DNA of 64,000 nt from Candidatus Spyradenecus sp. (GTDB lineage: Bacteria > Verrucomicrobiota > Kiritimatiellia > RFP12 > DVOR01), in NCBI GenBank assembly GCA_045605345.1, contig JAZUPT010000005.1, forward strand, positions 11,483 to 75,482, in the 5' to 3' direction. The position numbers and the translations under genes were made by a program. Positions 29,584 through 36,292 of the stretch are shown in pieces (the stretch's first letter is position 1; each line of letters begins with the position of its first letter). The notes below the pieces were generated by a model that did no database searches, had not been told where the DNA came from, and saw only the letters and a program-made list of their open reading frames with translations.

Positions 29584-30270
29584 ATGGCAAAACCTGCGCG
29601 CATTCCCTTTGACCCCAGCGAACCGATTGACCGTCTGCGCTTTGAGCGCGACTTTTGGGCCGCGACACCTGGTGCCCTCCTTGCGGGGGTGGATGAAGCG
29701 GGGCGCGGGTGCCTCGCGGGTCCTGTGGTGGCAGGTGCAGTTGTAATCGCTGAAGCGGATATTGAAGCCTTGGCAGAAGGCGACCTCAAAGCCGCCAATG
29801 ACTCTAAGCAACTCACCGAAAAACGCCGTGAAGCACTTTATGAGTGTCTCCTCCACCACCCAAAGGTTCACTGTGGAGTGGGGATTGCCTCCGCACAAGA
29901 AATTGACTCCATCAATATTCTCAATGCCACCCACCTCGCTATGCGGCGCGCGTTAGAATCACTTCCCACCCTTCCTGTCCACGCCTTAGTGGACGGCCTC
30001 CCCGTCAAAGGCTTGCCTCTCCCCCACACGGCAATCGTCAAAGGTGACGCACGCAGTCTGCTCATCTCCTGCGCCTCAATTATTGCCAAAGTCACCCGTG
30101 ACCACCTCTGTGCAGAACTCGACACGCGCTATCCGGGATATGACTTCGCCAAACACAAAGCCTACGGCACAAAGTCCCACCTCGCGGCGCTTCATCGCTT
30201 AGGCCCATGCCCAGAACATCGGCGCTCATTCGCCCCCGTGGCGATCTTCCAAGAAGAGTTTAACTTCTAA
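29584..30270 (+). CDS. rnhB: Ribonuclease HII
   Basis: GVDEAGRGCLAGPVV active-site motif; 228 aa. Confidence 0.9.
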   Translation: MAKPARIPFDPSEPIDRLRFERDFWAATPGALLAGVDEAGRGCLAGPVVAGAVVIAEADIEALAEGDLKAANDSKQLTEKRREALYECLLHHPKVHCGVGIASAQEIDSINILNATHLAMRRALESLPTLPVHALVDGLPVKGLPLPHTAIVKGDARSLLISCASIIAKVTRDHLCAELDTRYPGYDFAKHKAYGTKSHLAALHRLGPCPEHRRSFAPVAIFQEEFNF

Positions 30271-30387
30271 CAGCGCCTCTCCGCTAAAGGTACTCTCCCC
30301 CTTTGAGGAAGAATCCTTAGCGAAACAAAACATAAGCTTAGGCAATTCCACCAGCCTCAAAATCCTAAACAGGCAGAATTGTGGTTC

Positions 30388-30477
30388 AATTTGTAACAAA
30401 CTCGATCTCAATTTCTAACAAACTCAATTTCAGTTTGTAACAAACTCGACTTGAGTTTCTTACAAACTTGTTCACAA
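30388..30477. repeat. Four direct 22-bp iteron-like repeats (TTTGTAACAAACTCGAnnTnAn)
   Basis: CAATTTGTAACAAACTCGATCTCA / ATTTCTAACAAACTCAATTTCAG / TTTGTAACAAACTCGACTTGAG / TTTCTTACAAACTTGTTCACAA at 22-bp phasing. Located at the left edge of the AT-rich island. Confidence 0.8.
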
Positions 30478-30490
30478 TTGTGCTTGTTTC

Positions 30491-30775
30491 AGTTCTTCGG
30501 TCCTTCGTACTATTTTCTAAAGTTTTCTAGAAAAGTCTAAAAAGTCCCGTGCAAAAAATTGTACTGTTTAAGAATTCTTCCCGAACGGAAATTTTTCCTT
30601 AAAATATCTTGCCCCACCAAAAATTGTACTGTTTAAATTTTGCACGGATAGTACAGATTGTACTGACTTTAATCCTAAAATTACCCGCCATAAAATATTC
30701 AAGATAAGTTATTACAAATGAATAAGTTACAACTCATCAAGCAGGATGCAACGTATTGAAGAGATGAAAAAAGAA
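30491..30775. repeat. Left copy (DR1) of a ~285-bp direct repeat bracketing the R-M cassette
   Basis: ~85% identical by eye to 34597-34880. Contains two AAAATTGTACTGTTTAA boxes and the palindrome AGTACA-GAT-TGTACT (30650-30664). Confidence 0.8.
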
Positions 30776-30830
30776 TTGAGATTTGTTTTGGGTGTTTGCT
30801 ATACTGCAAGGGTACAAATGTGAGGTTGTT

Positions 30831-31613
30831 ATGAGGTTCGATAAGGCGACTTGGAAAGAGTTGGACATCAACACGGATAGTCTTTGGATTATGGGCCCTC
30901 GTGCTAAGGGAGGCAAGCATACAAATTGTTATCATGGTAATTTTGCCCCTCAAATTCCCAATCAAATGATTCGTCGTTACACAGAGGAAGGTGACTGTGT
31001 ACTTGAGATGTTTATGGGGAGTGGGACCACGCTATATGAATGCGAGTCTTTGAATAGAGATTATATCGGTTTTGATATTAACACAGAAATAATTGATTTT
31101 GTACGTCAGCAGATGAAAGATACGACAAAAATCAATTATTTTATTAACGAGTGTGATATTTGTGATACCACCAAAGTATGTAATTGTATCACCGAAAATC
31201 TCACCTTTTTGAAAAAAAAGCGAATTGACCACATTATTTGTCATCCACCTTATCTTGATGTCATTAAATTTACAGAAAAACGCGAAGACTTGTCACAAGT
31301 TTCAGATGTGAAATTATTTATAGATTCTTTTATTAAAGCAATTGGAAATGTATTTCCATATTTACGATCTAAAAAATATTTATCCCTTGTTGTAGGCGAT
31401 GTTTATCGCGATGGAGAAATTATTCCATTAGGTTTTTATTTGATGTACGCTATCAAGCGCCATTTTAAATGTCAATTGAAAGGTATTGTTGTTAAGGATA
31501 TGGTTGGCAATCGTGCAAAAATTGGGCAGGAGAATCTTTGGCGATATAAAGCATTAAAGAGTGATTTTTTCCTCTTTAAACACGAGTATTTATTTGTTTT
31601 TAAGAAAGTTTGA
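30831..31613 (+). CDS. SAM-dependent DNA amino-methyltransferase (N6-adenine or N4-cytosine)
   Basis: HGNFAPQIPNQMIRRYTEEGDCVLEMFMGSGTT (PF01555-like SAM motif) and catalytic ICHPPYLDV ([DNSH]PP[YF]). ATG at 30831 preferred; the track start at 30783 is TTG. Confidence 0.7.
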   Translation: MRFDKATWKELDINTDSLWIMGPRAKGGKHTNCYHGNFAPQIPNQMIRRYTEEGDCVLEMFMGSGTTLYECESLNRDYIGFDINTEIIDFVRQQMKDTTKINYFINECDICDTTKVCNCITENLTFLKKKRIDHIICHPPYLDVIKFTEKREDLSQVSDVKLFIDSFIKAIGNVFPYLRSKKYLSLVVGDVYRDGEIIPLGFYLMYAIKRHFKCQLKGIVVKDMVGNRAKIGQENLWRYKALKSDFFLFKHEYLFVFKKV

Positions 31614-31616
31614 GTT

Positions 31617-32327
31617 ATGTCTAGTAAAAAATCAGAAACATTGAAGAAGCTTTTTGAAAAATTAGCCAATCCAGACAAAAATGGTTTTAGTCGTTGGGTT
31701 AGTAGGGATGAATTTATTGGCGAATATAAAGATTTGAAACTAGGCAATGGTCTTTCCTGGGGAAGGAAAACTTCTCTGCTTGCAAAGAAATATAACATTG
31801 AAACAGATAAAACGCTAACTTCAGGAAATAGTATTGATCGGATTAGATTGAATGGCTTCAATGCAAAGAAGTCCTTTAATCAAGGGATTCGTGCGGATAT
31901 TAGAGAGAAACTTTCTAAAGAAAAATGTGTAATGCTTGGCGTATGCGGAAAAAGTGAAAATACGCAGATTGAAATTGATCATAAAAATGGTAGAAAGGAT
32001 GATGCACGTGTTTCAAATTTAGCAACGCAGCGAGAAGAGGACTTCCAACCTCTCTGCAAAGCCGCAAACGATATTAAACGGCAAATTTGCAAAGAATGTA
32101 AGCTGACAAATAAGCGTTGGAATGCTCAAAACATTAGAGGTAATCCGTACCCATTTTATGCTGGTGATGAAAATTACACTGCAGAACTTGGATGTGTTGG
32201 TTGTTATCAGTATGACCCCGTTGAATATCGTGTAAAGACGATTCAACTGGTAATCAAAAATACAATGAAAAATCTGTATGGGAACGATCCTGATATTATG
32301 AAACTTTTGAATGAGAGTGAGAACTAA
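31617..32327 (+). CDS. Small HNH-family endonuclease, putative restriction enzyme (paralog A)
   Basis: HNH core EIDHKNGRKDD ... SNL ... FQPLCKAANDIKR (LCxxxNxxK); flanking Cys pairs (CVMLGVCG, CKECK, GCVGC). The gene starts 3 nt after the MTase stop and its stop overlaps the C5-MTase start (TAATG). Confidence 0.6.
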   Translation: MSSKKSETLKKLFEKLANPDKNGFSRWVSRDEFIGEYKDLKLGNGLSWGRKTSLLAKKYNIETDKTLTSGNSIDRIRLNGFNAKKSFNQGIRADIREKLSKEKCVMLGVCGKSENTQIEIDHKNGRKDDARVSNLATQREEDFQPLCKAANDIKRQICKECKLTNKRWNAQNIRGNPYPFYAGDENYTAELGCVGCYQYDPVEYRVKTIQLVIKNTMKNLYGNDPDIMKLLNESEN

Positions 32328-33589
32328 TGAGTAATGTAAGTTACAGTTTGACAGATGTCGCCAAATTGTTAAATGTTTCACAAAAACAAATTCGTAAATA
32401 TGTTGCTAGTGGCATATTAAAAACGACAAAAAAGGGAACGCGATATTCTGTTTCTGAAGAAGCATTTGCAGAATTTAAAGACGCTTGTCGTCAGAATGAA
32501 ATGCTCTTGCAAGAGCAATTTCATTCGTCAACATTGTTTCAGAAGGGGACTAAAAAGAGTCCGATAGGCGATAATGTTAATTGGGTTGACATTTCAGCCC
32601 AATGGTCAAATTCGCAAAAGAATGATTTAACATTTGTCGACCTCTTTTGTGGCGCAGGTGGTTTGAGCAAGGGGCTTGAAATGTCGGGAATGACTGGCAT
32701 TTGTGGCTTAGACTTCTTTGAAGAAGCATGTATGACCTATAACCATAATTTTAACCATCCATTTGTAAATGGCGATATTAAGAAAGAAGAGAACAAGCGG
32801 CTATTTTATGAAACGGTAAGGCGTCAATTAAACGGGCGTCAATTAAATGTTTTGGCAGGCGGATTTCCTTGCCAAGGTTTTAGTATGGCGGGCAATCGCA
32901 TTGTTGATGACCCTCGTAATTCATTATACCTCGAACTGATTGAGATCGTAAAAGAATTGCAACCAGAATTTGTAATATGCGAAAACGTTAAGGGGTTGCG
33001 TTCGATGCTTAATGGAGCAGTAGAGCAAAAAATTTTGGAAGATTTTCGAGCAATTGGATATGAAGTCAATGTAACAACACTTTGTGCTGCAGACTATTAC
33101 ACTCCACAAAAGCGAGAACGTGTAATTTTTATTGCGAATCGAATTGGGCGAAAGAATCTTCATCCAATGCCAATTCTGCAGCCCAATGAATATCGTACAA
33201 CAGGTGAAGCGATTGGTGATTTGATGAATCATCCTGCTGATGCTGAATTTAATCATGTTCCAACGGTACACAGGCCCGATATGCAAGAGCGTATGCGTGC
33301 GCTCCCAGAAGGGAAGAGTTTGTATAAAGGGTATAGCGATGCATGGAAAAAATGCCCTTGGAATGAAGCCTCATGTACGATTAAAGAAAATCACGGAGGT
33401 GTAAATATCCATCCGAAACTACCGCGTGTTCTCACTGCACGTGAAATGGCTCGCTTACAATCTTTCCCTGATGATTTTATTTTCAAGGGTACGAAAAACA
33501 AACAACTCGTACAAATTGGGAACGCAGTCCCTCCGTTTTTAGGAAAAGCTATTGGATTGGCAATTCAACAAGCATATAAAAACTCTTAA
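32327..33589 (+). CDS. DNA cytosine-5 methyltransferase with N-terminal HTH domain
   Basis: C5-MTase motifs I FCGAGGLSKG, IV GFPCQGFS, VI ENVKGL, X QIGNAVPPFL. N-terminal ~60 aa read as helix-turn-helix (LTDVAKLLNVSQKQIRKYV). Confidence 0.85.
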   Translation: MSNVSYSLTDVAKLLNVSQKQIRKYVASGILKTTKKGTRYSVSEEAFAEFKDACRQNEMLLQEQFHSSTLFQKGTKKSPIGDNVNWVDISAQWSNSQKNDLTFVDLFCGAGGLSKGLEMSGMTGICGLDFFEEACMTYNHNFNHPFVNGDIKKEENKRLFYETVRRQLNGRQLNVLAGGFPCQGFSMAGNRIVDDPRNSLYLELIEIVKELQPEFVICENVKGLRSMLNGAVEQKILEDFRAIGYEVNVTTLCAADYYTPQKRERVIFIANRIGRKNLHPMPILQPNEYRTTGEAIGDLMNHPADAEFNHVPTVHRPDMQERMRALPEGKSLYKGYSDAWKKCPWNEASCTIKENHGGVNIHPKLPRVLTAREMARLQSFPDDFIFKGTKNKQLVQIGNAVPPFLGKAIGLAIQQAYKNS

Positions 33590-33838
33590 ATCTACGGCTA
33601 TTGATTGTTTTATAGCAAAACAATAGGAGGTTTTATTCCAATAGTATTAATGTAGCAGTTCTACTGTTTGCAAACCATTCTTTAGAAAATTACGACTCTC
33701 TAACGCGGCAACGGTTTGCGAGGTTTACCCGATTTCGGGTGCGCCTTGCTGTGTATTGTCCGCAGGCCGTCGTAAGCCTTCTAAAGGTACATAGTTAAGG
33801 CGTACCCTTCACTCTTAAAAGGTGGTGCGCCTTTTTAA

Positions 33839-34477
33839 ATGCACATTAACAGTATGAGTAAAGCAGATGATCTTCTTGAGTATTGTAAGAAAAATCTAAA
33901 TCGGTGGGCATGTTCAATGTGCGGAAGCCATAGTGGACAACCAGCGGCAATTTTCAGAGTTTTAAAAAATGCAGGTTGGCAATTTGAAGAAGTTGCACCT
34001 CAAAGATGGGCAAAAACATGTTACTGCCCAATTTGTCGCCAAGATACAACGCATTATAAATTGACATCTTTAGTTCAAGGACATGATAAGTCGCGAATCG
34101 GATTTAAAGGAAAAGACAGAGAAAGAATTATTTCTGTCTTAGGAGAGACAGATGCCTTTACAGGGGCATCTGTTAAGTCAAGTTTAGAAATTGACCATAA
34201 GGTTCCATTTGGCCGATTAAAAGAAAAAACAGGAGATGTTGATGTTAATTCCTTAAGTAATAATGAAATTAGCCAACATTTTCAAATCCTTACACGAGAT
34301 CATAATCTTTTGAAAGATCGAGCTTGTCAAAAATGTATTAAATTTGGTAACCGCCCTCCGTTTTTAGGAATTAAATTTTGGTACAAAGGTGACGAGAAGT
34401 ACAACGGCTCTTGCATCGGATGTGGTTGGTATGATGGGTGCGAATGGAGAAAACGATTAAACGAATTGTTGAAGTAA
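33839..34477 (+). CDS. Small HNH-family endonuclease, putative restriction enzyme (paralog B)
   Basis: HNH core LEIDHKVPFGRL ... VNSL ... FQILTRDHNLLK, with CSMCGSH, CYCPIC, CQKC, GCIGCGWYDGC cysteine clusters. Collinear similarity to paralog A. Alternative start at 33854. Confidence 0.6.
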   Translation: MHINSMSKADDLLEYCKKNLNRWACSMCGSHSGQPAAIFRVLKNAGWQFEEVAPQRWAKTCYCPICRQDTTHYKLTSLVQGHDKSRIGFKGKDRERIISVLGETDAFTGASVKSSLEIDHKVPFGRLKEKTGDVDVNSLSNNEISQHFQILTRDHNLLKDRACQKCIKFGNRPPFLGIKFWYKGDEKYNGSCIGCGWYDGCEWRKRLNELLK

Positions 34478-34596
34478 TATCTGACATTGTAGAGTTGAAT
34501 ATTTAGCGCGTCTTTTGATGCGCTATTTTATTTTGTTAGATCAACAATCGCAACTTGGATTGCATAATTCTTCGTTTAACTTATTTTTTAATTTCA

Positions 34597-34880
34597 CTTC
34601 TTCGGCCCTTCGTACTATTTTCCAAAGTTTTCTAGACAGGTCTAAAAAGTCCCCGCCTAAAAATTGTACTATTTAAGATTTCTTCCCGAGAGGAAATTTC
34701 CCCTTCAAATAATTGGCCCCAAAAAAAATTGTACTGTTTAAATTTTGCATGGATAGTACAAATTGTACTGATTTTAGGCTTAAAATTGCCGGCCATAAAA
34801 TATTCAAGATAAGTTATTGTAAATGAATAAGTTACGACCGGACAAATATAGTACAAAGTATTGAAGAAATGAAAGTGCTT
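34597..34880. repeat. Right copy (DR2) of the ~285-bp direct repeat
   Basis: Matches DR1 including AAAATTGTACT boxes and the palindrome AGTACA-AAT-TGTACT (34755-34769). No gene follows this copy. Confidence 0.8.
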
Positions 34881-35032
34881 GAATTGACCATCAAAGTGCG
34901 CAGACGAACGGATGAAGGTGACTGCAAATGTGCCGCAAGAGGGAATATTTGAGGGGCCGTATGATTGAGGTGTATTTTGAGTTGTGGAGCAATTATAAGG
35001 TCTTCAAATATTGAACGTTATTACAATATTTG

Positions 35033-35119
35033 TTGATTGAAAAAAGTAAGTGGACAGGCAATTCCGCTCCACCTGCCCACTTACTTTTTCAATCAACAAC
35101 TTACTTTTTCAATCAACAA
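35033..35119. repeat. Long imperfect inverted repeat (~25-bp arms) with duplicated right arm
   Basis: TTGATTGAAAAAAGTAAGTGGACAGG ... CCTGCCCACTTACTTTTTCAATCAA; the right-arm segment CTTACTTTTTCAATCAACAA is directly repeated (35080-35119). Lies between DR2 and the tRNA-Phe promoter. Confidence 0.7.
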
Positions 35120-35151
35120 TCTAAAAAATTTAAAAAAAATAAAAAAATAAC

Positions 35152-35181
35152 TTGAAATCAGAAAAGTGGTTTTGCTATACT
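35152..35181 (+). promoter_or_regulatory. Putative sigma70-type promoter of tRNA-Phe
   Basis: TTGAAA-18 nt-TATACT preceded by an A-tract (AAAAAATTTAAAAAAAATAAAAAAATAA, UP-like). The -10 ends ~24 nt before the tRNA. Confidence 0.45.
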
Positions 35182-35205
35182 TCTGCACGTTTTCAACGCT
35201 ATGTT

Positions 35206-35281
35206 GGCGAGGTAGCTCAGTTGGTAGAGCAGCGGACTGAAAATTCGCGTGTCGTCGGTTCGATCCCGACCCTTGCCACCA
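35206..35281 (+). tRNA. tRNA-Phe (anticodon GAA)
   Basis: Acceptor GGCGAGG/CCTTGCC, D-arm TAGCTCAGTTGGTAGAGC, anticodon stem GGACT/...TCGC with loop CTGAAAA, T-loop TTCGATC, CCA. Confidence 0.9.
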
Positions 35282-35292
35282 TTTTTGCAATG

Positions 35293-35320
35293 TCAGCCTA
35301 GCGGCTGGTCTTTTTTTTGC
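35293..35320 (+). terminator. Short hairpin plus U-run after tRNA-Phe
   Basis: TCAGCC-TAGC-GGCTGG followed by TCTTTTTTTTG. Confidence 0.5.
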
Positions 35321-35804
35321 ACTTTTCCCTAAGATTCATTTAAAAGTTGCCTGGCGCAACCCTAATTGTGGCCTCCCCGCCTCTATTTGAACGCTACAAA
35401 AAACCTTCCATGCCCTGCAGGGCCGTGCACTCGTATTAAAAAGCCACCTTCAAGAAGATCTCCATTACAATCTACAGCACCGTGTGCTTGTGTCGAGAAG
35501 ACCAATCCAAGATTGCCTCCATTACAATCTACTGCGCATTCCCCTACGCGCTCTGTTACCCACCTCCTTCGTCCTCTTCTCTACTTCAATCGTAAACACA
35601 CGTATCCCGACTTCATTCGTAAACAGAAGTGCCTCTATGTTAGTTGAGGACGCACACCTCCATTTCAATCAAGAGCAGATGCTTTCATCCATTAACGCTT
35701 CACCTCTTCTTTACCTTTTACTCGAATTCATTCACACACCACCCCTTTTATTTGCACAAATCGTCACCTTCCTCAAAAAATTTAAAATATTTGCAAAAAA
35801 ATGC

Positions 35805-35833
35805 TTGCATCGAAAAAATCATTGTGCTATCAT
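35805..35833 (+). promoter_or_regulatory. Putative sigma70-type promoter of tRNA-Leu(GAG)
   Basis: TTGCAT-17 nt-TATCAT with an A-rich upstream region; the -10 ends 16 nt before the tRNA 5' end. Confidence 0.55.
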
Positions 35834-35849
35834 ATACGCCGTTTTAACC

Positions 35850-35933
35850 GCTCGGGTGGTGAAATGGCATACACGCATGCTTGAGGTGCATGTGGAGAGA
35901 TCCGTGGGGGTTCGAGTCCCCCCCCGAGCACCA
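35850..35933 (+). tRNA. tRNA-Leu (anticodon GAG)
   Basis: Acceptor GCTCGGG/CCCGAGC, anticodon stem CATGC/GCATG with loop TTGAGGT, long variable arm, T-loop TTCGAGT, CCA. Confidence 0.88.
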
Positions 35934-36139
35934 TTCGGGAAGCCTGCAAACACTGTTTGCAGGCTTTTTTCTTTTTACTCACACACCTTCCAGTGTCCAC
36001 CCTTTTAGTCGCAAATGAGAAAATGCGATTGACACTCTTTTTCATTGCGTTTTACTGTCGCACTTTGTATAATGCAGACCGTTTTTGCCCGGGTTATCTC
36101 TTTACGAACGCCCGATTATGTGCGATACTATCAGTTGAC

Positions 36140-36215
36140 TGCCCTGTAGCTCAGTGGATAGAGCAGCGGTTTCCTAAACCGCGTGCCGCAGGTTCGATTC
36201 CTGTCAGGGCAACCA
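36140..36215 (+). tRNA. tRNA-Arg (anticodon CCT)
   Basis: Acceptor TGCCCTG/CAGGGCA, D-arm TAGCTCAGTGGATAGAGC, anticodon stem GCGGT/ACCGC with loop TTCCTAA, T-loop TTCGATT, CCA. Confidence 0.88.
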
Positions 36216-36292
36216 TTTAATACGCGTTTCTTGTACATCCTCTCATTTATTAGGATGTATCTGAGAACGAAAAGGCACAGAAAGGCAAGGCC

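Noticed and set aside
31617-34477. Alternative reading of the two HNH proteins as modification-dependent (McrA-like) nucleases.
   Set aside because: Tight translational coupling to two MTases in the same cassette would be self-destructive for a methyl-directed nuclease. The Type II restriction reading is favoured, but this was not tested.
30280-35205. Calling the R-M island a defined mobile element (integrative element or transposon).
   Set aside because: No integrase, transposase, recombinase or relaxase ORF is present. Only the flanking direct repeats, iterons and junction IR hint at past mobility, so it is reported as a finding rather than annotated as a mobile element.
35366-36008. Track ORFs (93 and 174 aa, plus others) in the tRNA-Phe / tRNA-Leu spacer, some overlapping tRNA-Leu(GAG).
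   Set aside because: Low-complexity translations, overlap with a tRNA gene, and no RBS or start context. The region is better explained as a repeat-containing spacer with a tRNA promoter.
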